Shown: positions 1 to 13,832 of the stretch, piece by piece
How positions within the stretch are numbered: position 1 is the first letter of the stretch
Layout of the letters: each line of letters starts with the position of its first letter
Translations under genes and position numbers: made by a program
The notes under the pieces: model-generated
What the model was told of the DNA's origin: nothing
Database searches by the model: none
The model's input: only the letters and a program-made list of their open reading frames with translations
Source: Hydrolagus colliei
Lineage: Eukaryota
Direction of reading: 5' to 3'
Length of the DNA: 64,000 bases
Assembly (NCBI GenBank): GCA_035084275.1
Contig: JAYJKW010000485.1
Span: 1-64,000 of the forward strand

Positions 1-39
1 TGGGCATCCTGAAAAGATATGTATCCATCCATGCATGTG

Positions 40-420
40 GTGTAAACGCTTTTCATGTCAGTTGGAATCATCTCAAACTGCTTCACAGGAATTACTGGAG
101 AGTGTAGTGACTGTGTGTTGGTCGGTGAATGGTGCATCCATTTGTATGCAGTAATGTTCCACTAACATTGGTAAGTGACTAATTTTATTTGTGTGATTGT
201 TGGCCAGAATACAGGAAGAAACTCCCTACTTGTTTCAAATTGTGTCATGGAATCTTTTAACATTAACCTGAACAGACAGTTGTCACCTTGGTTTAATGTC
301 TGTTCTGAGGGATGACACCTCCCAACAATACAGTAACCCCTGGCACTGGAGTGTTAGCATAGACCATATTGAGTTCAAACTTTTTCCAATGTGGGTTTGT
401 TCCACACAACTTCTTACTGA
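40..420 (-). mobile_element. Old DeuSINE-like (SacSINE1/AmnSINE-type) SINE, diverged
   Basis: Reverse complement shows a tRNA-like head, a Deu-domain-like core (gttaaaagattccatgacacaatttgaaac...ctggccaac) and an L2-type tail; similar to the copy at 39905-40290. Boundaries approximate. Confidence 0.6.
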
Positions 421-479
421 GACCTGGGTTTGATTCCAGGCAGGGTGATTCCTTGGGCAAGTTTCACTTAAAGGGTGTT

Positions 480-707
480 ACCATCCTGGTAGCAATCTGG
501 AATTCTTTTCCCTGAAATGTCGTGGATGCTGGATCAGAGTGAGTTTGATAGATTTTTTTGTAGGTCAGGGTATTAAAGGATATGGGGAGAAAGTGGGAAA
601 TTGGAATTGAAAGGATTGGTTGAGGTACAGATCAGTTATACTGTATTAAATGGGAGAACAGACTCGAACGGCTGAATCGCCTACATTCCTATATTCTTAG
701 TGTCTTC
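480..707 (+). mobile_element. CR1 LINE 3' end fragment
   Basis: tggaattc...gatagattttt...ggatatgggg...gatcag...ggctgaatcgcctac..tcct matches the CR1 3' ends at 40555-40720 and 53521-54092. Confidence 0.75.
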
Positions 708-714
708 TGCCATA

Positions 715-1378
715 CTGGGACTCCTCAATTAACGTTGGAGATGTGTTCTTGAAAAGTGCGATTTTAAGTGAAACAACTTATAGCAGAACCTAAATTACCA
801 TAGGCCCTAATGCTATCAATAGGGGGTAATGTTCCTTTGGTACATTTCTGGTCTAAATTTTCTTACACTAATATTAAATAAAGACCAAAAACAACAGTAC
901 TAGTATTGAAAATTGAATAAAAGTTTAATAAATATATAAACAAGATAAAAATACAATTAAGAGAACACCTACTCAAAAATGTTTATGTGGTCAGTGGGAG
1001 GGGGGCGAGTCATTCAGATGAAGGGGTGGGATTACTGTCTCTTGTATGGACTCCATAGGGCCTCCCTCATCCTGTGGCCCCAAACAGCTGATCGCTGGCA
1101 TGCGTTGCGGCCCTCGTACATTTTTTCTAAAGTTGTCAAATGTACAAATGAGCAAACACGTGCCAGTGATAAACTGTTTGGCTCCCACCCACTGACCACA
1201 TCAACCATCTCCAGTAAGTGTTCTCTTAATTATATTTATTATCTTATTATATATTTACTAAACAACTAATATAAAATTAATCAGCTAATATCCCTTTAAT
1301 TAATCCAATTTTTTAATTCACCAACAATGTCTAATCGAAACAACGTATATTAGGACAACATGTAGAGAGGAGTTCCAG
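715..1378. mobile_element. Non-autonomous Tigger/pogo-like DNA transposon
   Basis: Imperfect TIRs ctgggactcctc / gaggagttccag flanked by TA at 713-714 and 1379-1380. Confidence 0.7.
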
Positions 1379-2274
1379 TACACATGAAGCTAATTATATT
1401 TCTATAATTCACATGAAAGTTTCTTAAATTTCCAAATTTCTCTATTATTCCTTTAAAGATGCTTTCCAGTATCCTACACACTATCGTAATAATCCTTGCA
1501 TTTAACATAGCGCTTTTCACGTCTTCTAAACATCTCAAAGTGCAATTATGTCACATATATTGGTCTTTACAACGTGTCTTGGCCCTTTTTTGTAAATTGG
1601 AGGTGCATTCCCTGTTCTCCAAACCTGCAGTGTAGAGGTATAAATTTCATTTCTACAAGGTATACTGATCAAGGACAGAGGGAAGGAGTGTATTTATTAA
1701 CCAACTTGGTGGAATTAAATTATGCATGCTTAATGATTAAATTACTTGTAATTTCTTGGTAATAGTGGTCTTATCTTGATAAGAGAGCATTTGCCTTTAA
1801 TTTTTGAAAGTATTGTTTTCATATTTAAGATTGAAATATTCATGTGCTCTTAAAATGATTGTTGGATTAAATACTGAAACCCATGTAGCTAAAGGGGCCA
1901 AACAGGATTTCACTCAGTTTTTTAATTTACATGAAATCCACAAAAATCAGATGAGTCACATCACTTGTTCATATGTGGAGGTCTGTTTAATTTTAGCTTT
2001 TTAAATCGGCACATTTTAATGTGTAATGAGGTACCTAGACATTAACTTCCAGAAGTCACCTTCAGTTAATTGTTGGTTGTTGGGAAGTTTGATCACTTCT
2101 GTGTGGTTTTCTTACATTTACAGTTGATTAATTATTTGAGTAGATTATAGCATTTTACTGCTCATCAGTCAAGCACAGTTTTCTATTGGCAAACATTTTG
2201 TCAGGATTGTACTGGCATTCATACTGTCAGATGAATGACTAGCAATACTAGCTATCAATTAATTAATATGGGCA

Positions 2275-2600
2275 ATAGCAATAAAATTCCTTTTATGCCG
2301 GGAGGATATCCCAGTCTGCTGGACAATCTGAGTTTCAGACCCAAGCTGGGGGTTGGGATCGGGGAGGGTGTAGAGCAGGGTGACCAAAGGCACAGACGAA
2401 AAGGAGGATCTTCACATTAGTCTGGAAGGAAGCAAGGGAGGAAGTGAGGCGGAAGGACTGCAGGATGGAGTTCCAGAGAGTGAGGGCAGAGCTACTGAAG
2501 GCACACCTGCATATGGTGGGGTGGGCAAGGTGGGGGACGTGAAGCTGGCTGGAGCCTTGTGAGCAGAGGGAGTGGGCAGGTTGGTCGGGGGTTAGGATTG
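2275..2600 (-). mobile_element. L2 LINE 3' fragment
   Basis: Similar to the L2 3' ends at 16925-17640 and 59445-59950. Confidence 0.7.
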
Positions 2601-2639
2601 TGGACTTTACTTCTCAGTTGTCGATTTTTTTCAAGGCAA

Positions 2640-2845
2640 TAATAATAATAATAATAATTCTAATAATAATCTCTTCCCCAAAAGAAATTGGTCATTTCAA
2701 TCAACCACTGTTTGTGGGACACTGCTATGTGCAATTGACTGCAGTGTTTTGCCTGCAAATACAGTCAATTCACTTTATAGTATATTCTGTGAAGCGTTTT
2801 GAGATGTCTAGAAGACGTGAAAAGCGCTATGCAAGAATTATTACT
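2640..2845 (+). mobile_element. 3' half of tRNA-derived SINE, preceded by (AAT)n
   Basis: tttgtgggacactgctatgtgcaattgactgc core and gagatgtctagaagacgtgaaaagcgctat tail shared with the full copy at 43689-44000. Confidence 0.75.
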
Positions 2846-4339
2846 TTAAGTTCTAAAAATCTTTGTGGAAAGTATGCATAATACCTTCTCAGTTATAGTG
2901 AAAAAAGGCCTAATTTATTAGTCTCGCTTCATAATTGAACCCCCTCAATCCGAGTAACATTGTAGTGAAGCTATGTTGCATCTTCTTATTGCTTTCATAT
3001 CCTTTATATAAAGGGTTGCTCAAAACCGTATAAGATACTATACAAGCTTATCATTGCTTTCTTTTTTTATTCTATAATAATCCTTACATTTGCTTTTGCA
3101 CCTTTGATGTCAAATATCTCAAAGTTTCAGTTAAGTATAATGACCACACTGTTTTGTAGGTGGATTTCTACACCTCTTAATCTAAGACCAGTTCTGTGTT
3201 TTTTTTTATGGCCTTATCTACTTTGACAGCTACTTTTAATGACCTGGTGTACACCAAAATCCTTCTGTTTATCAATTCCATTTCATAGTAACATTTAATC
3301 CATTTAATGTGTATTAACCTGGCTCGGTTTATAGCACTCTTGCCTCTGAGTCAAGTGGTTTCAAGCCTCAAGTCAGGACTTGGAACTCAAACGGTCTAAG
3401 ATTACGCTCTGATGCAGTGTAGTGGGGTGGGTGGTGGTGGTGTTGTTTCATGGCTGTTTGTGGGACGATAGCAGTGGGCTATCGTGTTCACCTAAAATAC
3501 GTAGTAGTTTCTCTTCACAGTTAATCTTGTGAAGTGATTTGGGATATCCACCTGACATGAAGAGTGCTGTATCAAATGCAAGGATTATTATTATTTTATC
3601 ATTTAAGCTGCATTTCCTTTCCATATTCCTAACTACTAAAGTGTACATTTTTCAGTATTGAACTATATCTGCCTTTTATCTATCCACCTGAGCCACAAAA
3701 AGCCTCCTAGATCTGGTTGTAATCTTTCACAGTGCTTGTTAGAATTTGCATACTCTAATTTGGTAATGGTATTGGATTTCAGTATTCTCTCAATTAAATT
3801 CAATTCATGAATACTGCATGCGATAAGACTGACAATTTGTATAATGTGGATAGTTTTGCCTTGTAGCCCCTCTGGAAATCGACTTGAGGATACTAAGACT
3901 TGTGTTTAAGACTTAGCAATTGGTATAACGAGAGAACTTCTTTAAAATGTTTTGTCTATCAAGCTACCAACAAGAAGTCAGAGAGTTGATTTGCCTACGA
4001 GGGACTGAATCTCCTATTCATTATTTGTTATGGAAACAAGTGGGACTGTCTTTATCATTTGTGAATTACTGCCTGATTCTGCGTGTTTAATTCCGAACCC
4101 CAATTTGACAAATTTGGAGAATTTTGCATTGAACTTGAATGGGTCTGGCTGAATTCCAGTGCAGTGCTGGATGTGCACTGCGTTGTTGAGATTGGTCATT
4201 CACTTCATGGCTGTTGGCAGGATATTGCTGTGACATTTATAGGAAATTGGCTGTTGTCAGAACCTATACTAAATAGTCACTACACCTTAACGTAAGCCCT
4301 GTAAAGCACTTCCAGTTGTTGTCTTAACTTAAGCATCAG

Positions 4340-4840
4340 ATTTGATCCTCAGTTATCATTCTTCCCCCACATCTCATCCCTCACCAGCACCGCTTTATTC
4401 CAACTCCGCTACATTGCCTATCTCTGACATACCTCACCCCAAAAGCTGCCGAAACCATTGTCCATGCCTTTGTCACCTCTTGTATCCTTGGCTGGATACT
4501 CTTAACACCTCGCCCCTCCTCCACTAATCACAAAATTCAGCTCACTCAAATTTCCACTGTACAAAAATTCACCTGCACCAAACTTCTTACTCTGATTACC
4601 GTAGTCCTTACCAAACTCCACCTGCTCCCTGTCACAGAGAGGATTGACTTCAAGATCCTCAATCTAATGCTTAATTCCATTCATTTCCCCCGCCCTCCCA
4701 CCACATCACTCTTAACCTCCTCACTGCAGTACCCACTGCCTCTGCTCCACTGAGTCCTGCCTCCTCCTTGATCTCCGAATCCTTCAGTTCACCATTGGCG
4801 CTGTGCCTTCAGCCACTACGGCCCGAAATTTTGGAACTCC
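4340..4840 (+). mobile_element. Degraded L2 LINE fragment (RT C-terminal region)
   Basis: gctgccgaaacc..tccatgcctttgtcacctc and gaggattgacttcaagatcctc match the L2 copies at 33830-34790 and 42090-42690. Confidence 0.7.
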
Positions 4841-4914
4841 CAAATTCCAGATTATCTCTGGCACAAAAAAAGTAATGCAATTTTAAAGGAGGAAACTCAC
4901 TGCAAATTAGAGTA

Positions 4915-5126
4915 CAGTAAAAGCTTGTTTATTCGGGACCTGGCCAATGCCGGTTAAAGCGCCTGCTGGATATTCGGCCGAAAACGCAAAAAAAAAAACA
5001 TTTTTCAATGCATTTTTCCGGATAAATTCCGGTTAATCGAATGCGGACTTTTTTTTGCGATGCCGGTTATATGGAAGTTTATCTGGCACTGGGTTGATCG
5101 GGTGCCGGATAAACGGGCTTTTACTG
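4915..5126. mobile_element. Short Tc1/mariner-superfamily MITE (family A, ~215 bp)
   Basis: TIRs cagtaaaagcttgtttattcgg / ccggataaacgggcttttactg with TA on both sides; reverse-orientation sister at 58446-58664. Confidence 0.85.
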
Positions 5127-7375
5127 TATTTAGGTCACACTGACGGTAAAAAGTTCAGTAGCCTGAAGTTCCTCTGTCCAAGGTCCTGGACGTTTTCTGT
5201 TGATGTTTGCATTAAGAGAATAAATGGGTTGATGAACGTATAGACTGAGCTATTTCTTGGTGGGCGGGGGGAGGGGGAGGGAGGGGGAAGGGATGGGGGA
5301 TAGCGGAGTCTATCTAGTTTGTTTAAAAATTAGATATCTTAAATGTTTCCCAAAATATAGATCAAAAGAAATAAAGTGCATAAAGCTAATGAATGAGGAA
5401 GGGGGAGAAAAAAATGCATGTCAAACTAGCAGCAAGAAAAATTAATGTTTGCAGCATCCATAAAAAAATAGTTTATCTTTATTTGTTTTCATAGAATTCT
5501 GGAGTTCTGGAAGCATAACAATTCTGCGTAATTCTGGGATGATAATTTTCATACAGTAAAAACTGTATACAGTTTGCCAAATAATGCAACATAAGATACA
5601 ATTAACTTGGATTCCAGTTAGAAACATCTAGTGCTTAATTACTCAACCAGACATTTATGTAAATCTTTGTACAGCTGCATGATGTATTTTTGTAATTTTT
5701 CCTATCTCTCTTTAATAAGGATTCAATTACCTATGACTAGAGTGGGAAGCCATCAACGACAAATGGAGAGCGATGCTTGTATGGGAATAGTTTTGCTTAA
5801 TGATAATCTTTGTGTTTGCTATAGTGCCCTTTACGTTGAGAGGACATCCCAATTCTTTGGATCTGGAATACAATGCCATTGGAATATTATACGTTTCGTG
5901 GTAGATATTATGATCAAGCTATAGCCTTATATTTGATATATTGTGAATGATGTGGTATATCAAAACACTCTGCAACTAATTGGAGTGAAGTGCAGGAAAT
6001 CCCAAAACATCCTTGAAATTAATTATATTATGGATTCTTAAAGTCCTGATGTGAAATTTGAACCAACAAAATTCTGACCCACAAGCTACCCACTGAGCCA
6101 AGCTGACATAATAACTGTATGATAGTCATGCTCTTTGAAGTGAATAACAAATACCTTTAATGTCCCTATGAGTAAGTAAGCTACCCTGCTGAAGTTATGC
6201 TAAATGTTCAAGACAATCTGAGAATTAAGTGAGGAGGCATTTAAAGGGAAAAGGTGGTGTTTTTAAAAAAAAATTACTCTTTCCAATATAAAAAAAGCAG
6301 TTTCTTATTGCCATACTCTATTTAAAAGAACAGCATTGGAAAGAGTAGAGGATCTATTTCACACAAGCTGCTTTCATATCCAAAACTATGTGATGGGGAA
6401 AAAAATGTGCTTGAGAATTTAAAAAGAACTGAAAACTCAAAACAATTCAAGAAGTGTAAGCTTATCTTTAAAGATGTTTTGAATCTTTAAATTATTGTAA
6501 TGTCATTTCGGTATCAGCCTCTCTTAGTGAATAGCAGTCTTGCCTCGTTGGATTTAAGACCATCAGGACTTTGAATTCACTCTAGATTGGTTACTCTTAA
6601 TACTAGAACTGTTGGATTGCATTGTTGGAGGTGCTATCCTTCAGATGAGATGTTGCAGTGCTCAATCTGACAGAAGCAAATATAGTGTAAATCCTTTCAT
6701 ACCAAATTAGAATACTATTGGTTAGTTCAATAGCACAGATGAAAGGAATAGTAGTGTAAAACCAGCATTTAAACCAGGGGAAAAAAGCAAGGAATTCTAG
6801 ACTATACTAAGTCAGCTGATTTTTAATGCCATGGAAACCTGATCTGGTAGACCTAGAGAGGCTGTTTAGTGAGATGAAAAAAATCAGAAGAGTAACATTT
6901 AAGGAAATTGACTATAAAGGGATTTGGAATAAAATTGAGGAACACTTCAAATTGATCAGGATTGAGATCTGTGGGTAGATGTAGAGGAATGATCAGTCGT
7001 TTAGATTAACTAGCATTAATACATTTCTGCGTAAATGAGACATGAAGCAGCTGTTGATGGTACGCATTAAAACTACCCAGCCGCAGGTGAAGGGAATTTC
7101 GTGTTTATGAAGAAAAAGTTGAAAGCATGATAGAGGCACAGATAAATTTAGTGAAGGGAGAAATTTACCTATCAGGTTAAAATCAGTTGATTCTTGTGAA
7201 GTGAGCAGCATGGATCAGCTTTGAATAGGATAAAGGAATGGGATAAAGGAAGGCCAAGGATGGTTGAAGGAGGTGAAATTTGGTTGAAACTGGTTTAGTG
7301 GTATATTATCTGATTATGTTTGCTGCACTATACAATTCATGTTGTCTAATTTGTTTTACTTTCTCTCTTTTCTAG

Positions 7376-7726
7376 GCACTGACATTGTCTAGCACTGGGA
7401 TCACTTATATGCCCACAGGATCTTTACTACCTCATTCAGTCATGTGCTGTGACAGAATTCGCCTTAACAGAAATGCTGCAACCCGACTTGAGAATCTTCT
7501 GGAATATAGATTTTGATGTCTGATTGATCGGAATGACCTGGGACTGTTTAAAAATCTGGAATAATCTGTTAACTCAACTCCATAAGACTCTCATCTTTTA
7601 GGAGTAATTATAAAATCAGTGCGAAATATCCTTTTACTAAAGCTTACTATAAACGTTACTTTCAAGCTGTGTCCTACGGAGGAGTTGTCAATTACATTGG
7701 GTGGTTCTTATTGATGGAATGTAATC
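7376..7726 (+). other. KBTBD2: KBTBD2 5' UTR portion of the first coding exon
   Basis: Strong acceptor ttttactttctctcttttctag ends at 7375, followed by 351 nt of repeat-free sequence leading to the ATG at 7727. Confidence 0.7.
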
Positions 7727-7893
7727 ATGTCTAATGAGGAGAGGCAAATCAATACTGAATATGCTGTGTCTTTACTGGAGCAGCTGAAATTTTTCTACGA
7801 CCAGCAGTTGTTGACTGATATCGTTTTAATTGCGGAGAGCACTGAATTCCCGTGCCATAAAATGGTACTTGCTACATGCAGCTCCTATTTCAG
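7727..7893 (+). CDS. KBTBD2: Kelch repeat and BTB domain-containing protein 2, coding exon 1 (BTB N-terminus)
   Basis: Translates [55 protein letters not shown](R), matching the recalled human KBTBD2 N-terminus; donor AG|gtaaat; 167 nt. Confidence 0.96.
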
Positions 7894-9763
7894 GTAAATT
7901 TATCATTTTTGTAAGTTAGTGAGTGTGATGTAGTGTGAAAACTCAATTGTGTGTTTGCTTCAAAAAAATTATTTATAGCTTCAGTCAAGCTTATTTTAGG
8001 TGAAAAGTGGTGGTTCTTGTTTAGAAACACAGCAGCAAATGATCATTATAGATTAAATGCTGGTGATGCCAACAGAGTGAAGTGGAGGTCTTTTCTCTCT
8101 TCCCCCTCTCGAACTACCTCAACCGTCCCACTTATTTGATCTTCCCTCCATCTCTGAATTATTTCTGTACTGTATTCCAATCTAAGTTTAAACTGTATGT
8201 AGTTTTGTTTTTAAAAAGCCTAATGTTTAGATTTATATATTAAAAAAGTTATCCTTGCCTTTCATCCTGGAAGAATGTTTCAAAGTACTTCATGATTCAC
8301 TCTAGTGTAGTAACTATTTCTCTAGTAAATTTATACAGTATTTCATCTTTGTTTCCAAATGGTTTCAGTACTGCAGTTTTTCATTTTAGCTTTTCAAAGA
8401 TTTGGATTAACTTGAATATTATTGTCACTTGGTTAAACATTAACTAATGTTTTTGTCCTTTGGATGAGTACCAAAGTGGCCTTTTAAGAAGATTTCAATT
8501 GCATGCCAGTTGTAAAACACTACATGATCCCTTGCAATGTAATAACCTACAGCAAACTTGTGACAAGCTCTTTTAACCACTTAGGACTGGCAGTTGCACA
8601 ATTCCTTCCCCTTTCCCCAACTCCAGTTAGCTAGAGGGCCGCTTTATTCCATCCATTCCAAGGAAGTTTTTTTTGCCTTTTTTTAATAAATGACTTATCT
8701 TCTTTTTCTTTGGAGCGAGCAGAGGTTTCAACTGCATTTGCATTTTGGTTAGGAACACAAATCAATTTTCTCTTGAGATAATGGTTTGTTTCTGGGTTGG
8801 GTTGTGGAAATCTAAGTGAGCACAATACTAATGTATACCTGTCTAAATTAGAATATACCAAAACCGGTACAGTGTCTCTTTCAGAATAATTTTACTCTTG
8901 TAACTCTTGCTTTAACTCTCTGCCTGGATTCAAGGAGACTCAAGTCCACCAGAAATTGACAGTCATAGCCGATATAGATTTTTCTGTAATTTAATCTCCA
9001 TATAAAAAATAAATGGGGTGGCTCACTTGGTCTCTTGACTCAAGTTGTGGGTTCAAGCCCCATGTTTGGATCTTAAGCTCGTAGTGTAGCCCTACCCTGT
9101 AATACAGTACTGGAAGAGTGTTGGTATAGGTGTTACTCTTTAAAGGAGTTTCAAAAGTGACCTTATTTGCAATTTGGCCCAGGATCCGGTTTGCTTTGTT
9201 CACTGGGAGACTTGATGCTGAGTGACAGGTCAAACATTGGGTCGGTATCATTTTACTCCTTCCTTTGTTCGATTTTGGACTGGTTCTGAATTGACAAGTT
9301 TTGTGCCGATGGAGAAGTCTTTGAGACCTCTGTGAGTCACACAATCACACATTCGCCTGGCCAGCAATATTTCCAGTTTTTTTTGTTATTGACTATCATG
9401 GTTGTTTGTGGACCTTTGCTGTGCATAATGTGCATAATACTGCTGCATTTGCCTGTAAATACAGTCATTAACTCACCTTGACAATAATTGCTTGTGAAGT
9501 GCTTTGAGCTATTTTAATGTTATTTCAATGTGTTAATGAATATTCATTACTGATACCAGCAATACTTCATTTATACTAAAAGTGTCATTTAACTCTGCGG
9601 TTATTAATGACCGTTTTGGGGCTAAGGGTAGATTTGATTTACTATATTTTGAAATGGTGTAGAAGAATTATAAGAGGAAATTCAAAAACTTTAACCTATC
9701 CTTGACATCCTAATTTATTTATTTCCCTGGGCACAGTAACCTTATGTCCGTTTTCTTTTTCAG

Positions 9764-9929
9764 GGCCATGTTTATGAGTGGACTGAGTGAAAGCAAGCAG
9801 ACACATGTCCACTTACAGAATGTGGATGCCCCAACGCTGCAGATAATTATTAGATATGCATACACTGGTAACCTGGCAATAAACGACAAGACTGTAGAGC
9901 AGCTCTATGAGACATCCAGTTTTCTGCAG
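9764..9929 (+). CDS. KBTBD2: KBTBD2 coding exon 2 (BTB)
   Basis: ttttctttttcag|G GCC ATG...; [55 protein letters not shown]; donor CAG|gtatga; 166 nt keeps the frame. Confidence 0.97.
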
Positions 9930-10879
9930 GTATGAGTAACAAACAAAGCTGAAATTAATTCCTTTTAATGATTACATTCTAATAACTGCTAAACTAAATC
10001 TTGTTTTCATTTGGCTGGAACTCCTTTCTTGCAATCGCATGTTTAATCCTACTTAACTCGGCTGAAATGTTACGCTTCTCTCAAAAAATGCATTCATTGA
10101 CCTTGAAACAAATCCATTTAAATTCTGTTGGTTTGTACTCTGTAGAATCCCCTTTGCATCTATCTGAGAAGTTAGTTTTTTTTCCAGTATCCTGGCCCAG
10201 AAACTTCCAGATTAAAAAGTTCATTAATCTTATGGCTATTGATGTAACCTTGCGGCTGCCTTGTTTGCCTACAAAAACAGTCACTGCACGTGACTAATTA
10301 TGAATCCTGTGAGATGTTTGTGTGGTAAGACACTATAAAAACACACATTTTAAGGTTTATTCTTTTTGTCAAACATGCACACTATAGACAATGGAGGTCA
10401 CCTTGAAGCATTGCATTTGTTGAGAAATAATGCCTTGCTTCCATTTCCAATGGCCCTGTTTTTAAAGTAGATAAGTCATTACTGTATTACCAAAAAAGGA
10501 ATTAGTCTTGCTGTACTTGGTATTTACTCCCGCAGTTTGTCTTTAGAACTTGTATAGCACCTTTATTATATCTTGATGCTTTTACAGAGATGAAGTGGAC
10601 CAGAGCATTATAGGAGGTACGCTGGTGGCAAGAGGGAAATGAACATTTTCTATAGTAGCAGTTCATTTTAAGACCACCCTAGTGTAAGCAGATTCTAAAA
10701 TTGTTAGTCACATAGTTTGCAGTTCTGCAACACATTGCATCAATATTTTGATAGATCTTGATACCGGCACCCTCAGTGGAGGTTGACCTCGCCTCTAGAA
10801 TTGGGTTGAGCTGGAGGTCCCGTTAGAGACGTTTGAAAATTTCAGCATCAGTATCCTACATTTTACAGAAATGTAAAAT

Positions 10880-11470
10880 TCATCCCTCATGTAAAATTTC
10901 CTCAACCCTCATGCTGCCGAAACCCTCATCCGTGCATTCATCACGTCAAGGCTTGACTACGGAAACTCCCTTCTCGTCAGCCTTCCCAGTTGTTCCCTTC
11001 ACAAGTTGCAGATCATCCAAAACTCTGCAGCTACTCACCAGGCTCTGTGACCCCATCACTCCCCATCCCCAGAGGATTGAATTCAAGATCCTCGTCCTCA
11101 CCTTCAAGGCCATCCAAGGCCTTGCCCCCTTCTATCTCCGGTGCTGACTCCCTACCAACTTGCCCATCCCCTCTGTTCAGCGGGCTCTGGTGTGCTCCAT
11201 ATCTCCTACCCTACCATCGGTGGCTGGATGTTCACCCTACATTGTGGAACTCCATCCCACAGTCCCTTTGCCCTGCTTCCTCCCTTGCCTCCTTCAAGGC
11301 CGGTCTCGAGACCCTCCTTTTCGATCGTGCGCTCTGCTGCCTTCCCGCCTCTCTCCCTTCCCCCTGCTCCCCCCCCCACCCGCCATCCTCGGGTCCTGAA
11401 CATCTGACTGTTCAGCGCCTTGGGACGTCCTCCCGATATGAAAGACTTTGTATAAGTAGAATTTTTTTGT
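10880..11470 (+). mobile_element. L2 LINE 3' portion
   Basis: ORF remnants RIEFKILVLTFKA and LWNSIPQSLCPASSLASFKAGLETLLF, then 3' tail gcgccttgggacgtcctcccga. Confidence 0.85.
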
Positions 11471-11689
11471 TCTTCCTAATTTGTATTTTAAAACCCAGTT
11501 GCAATCATATACTTGTGTTCCCTGTTTACTGGTGTCCCAACTAGTGGGAACAACTTATTTATGCTTTCCTAATCAAACTAAAAATAAAAACACCGCTGTT
11601 GGGTTCCCACTTAAGTATCTCTTTAGGGGAAAAAATGCCTAACCTATCTAGTATAATCTGCGACTGTGCAGCATCCCAGAGTGCTGAGT

Positions 11690-11960
11690 GATCAGCAATT
11701 GGGTGGGTAGGGGGTCGAGGCAGCAGGTGGTGGGTTCAATGTGGTGATGGTGGATGAGAGGGAGGAAGAAGAGATGGGGGAGAAAGAATGTAAGATGGGA
11801 GCTGTGATCGGAGCTGAAGCCGGGTGTGTGAGAGAGACGTAAGAGAGGGGGACACAGAAAGGTAAGGCTGCCAGGCGGATTTGATCAATTTTGGAGGTAA
11901 GGTAGTCCATGACCTCTTCGCACTTGGTGTTGGATGAGATCATTGAGTGTAGATCCACTA
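11690..11960 (-). mobile_element. L2 LINE ORF2 internal fragment
   Basis: Minus-strand ORF with CEEVMDYLTSKIDQIR, resembling the L2 endonuclease-RT linker. Confidence 0.55.
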
Positions 11961-13832
11961 AGTACATAGCGCAGAAGATTTGGGCACTCTATTCAAACCT
12001 GCTCTATTTGCAGTTCAATCATTTGTGGTTGATTGAATGCACTTTTATAAAGAACGTTATTTATGATTGTTCAATCTGGAAGCCTGTTGTTTACTCTCAG
12101 ATCTGTTATTTCATAACATTAATTTATTTATCTGTTAAAACTGATAACCTTTAAAACTATTATGGAATACACTGAAATAACTAACCGGCTTTATGCATAA
12201 GCCTATTGTGTACTATAACAATAAAGGTTAGAGTATCTGCTGCTAGTAGGGGATTTTTAGAAAGCCTTCTATTGAAAGCACTACAAATATTTGTAGTAGA
12301 TATGTTCCCTTTCTGGTAAAATTGGTGAGGCTAAGTTGTCACACTAGTTAATGGTTTACTACATTCATAATCTAATCATATCTGGAATCAAAAAGTAAAT
12401 GGCTGTTTATGCCTATATGAAATTTACAAACACTTGTCGGATGTACTGAAATATTAATACAGTCCAAAACAATAGGTTGTGGTAATCTTCCACAACTAAT
12501 ATCTTTTAAAATATTTACTGCATTGTTAATTTGTGTTACTGAAATTTAGTCACCACAATTCACAAAATGACTCATTAGTTGATACTGCCTATATTATAAA
12601 TATTTTTGTTCCGACTAATGTCCTATTGGAATAAATTGTTAATTGTGAACCACATCTCTCAGGTAGTGTGGTTTGAGGGAAAAACAAATCTAGAACCAAA
12701 TCTAAATGCTATTGGAAGAATGCACATATGATTAACCTCTGTTAATTTAAGTGTACTTAAAAAAAATTCTCTCAAAACTTGACCAATGATGGCTTTCTAG
12801 ATATGTAAATCTAGAATAATTTTTAGAATAGTATTTCACATATGATAGCTTTAAATGTGAACTGACAGAATAAAAACTCAGTTATATGCATTCTTCCTCA
12901 GCAAACTACTTGCATTCAGATTATGACCTTCACATAGAGCAATATGGCAGAGCATTTTATAGAGATGGTGCTGGATAGCAATCAGTGGGCTGAGGGTAGG
13001 AGATTGTAGGCACAGTTGAAGTAGATTTTTTTGGTGGCCTTTGAAGACTAAAGGATTGAAGGTGGGGGCATAATGGAGTTATGCTGCTGATGATGAGATG
13101 GAGGAAGGTTGACTACATTTGTGATCAACTGCAGAGGAAGGACAAATAATAATTTTAAAAATCCTTGCATTTGATAGTGTGCTTTTCACATTTTCTAGAC
13201 TGAGACAGGGGTGCAGGTAGCTTGAATGGGACCAAGGAGGTGGAAAAGAATATCTTACAGTGGATCTTGGTCTCCAAGATGGATGTGGATTAGATTGCGG
13301 TTTTCACCTTGGAAGAGACAGAGTTTTTAAAATGGTCAAACTGGAATGTGGCAATAGACCATATGGCTAGCCAAAGAAGAGGCAGTTGTTAAGCACCCTG
13401 ATGATATTACGGTTGAGTTGGATGGAGGGGGAGAGGAGGAATGAGGGTTGTAAGTGTGTTGAATAGAACAGAAAAAATGGAGAATGAAGCCCCCACAATG
13501 AGAGGAGAAAGGGGCTTGTTAGTGAAGAAAATCCCGGGTGATTTGGGAAAGAAAATTGTGATACTGTACATGCTCATGTTATACTGTTCTCTGACTGCAT
13601 TTGAACGTGAAAACACTGGCTATTGGTAATGAATATTTTCTATTACTTATTTGAGATTATTATGCTTAGAAATTAGCCTGGAAAGTGGTAGCACAGTATG
13701 TGTTTGATTAAGTGAATTTTTATTTACTTTTATACTACACTGTATAGGTGATTTTTAAAGGGCTTTTATTGTATGCCTTAAATTTATGTGCATATATTTG
13801 ATGCTTACTTAAATAATTCTGTCTTTTTGCAG

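Noticed and set aside
5631-5924. 97-aa ORF or possible extra KBTBD2 5' exon (acceptor-like site at 5719)
   Set aside because: No recognisable homology and no convincing donor; not supportable without transcript data.
8991-9344. 117-aa minus-strand ORF
   Set aside because: It spans old SINE sequence and a probable CR1 scrap (VNKANRILG); not a gene.
13788-13832. N-terminal 15 aa of the 527-aa ORF
   Set aside because: Intron sequence upstream of the acceptor at 13832; the true start is at 7727.
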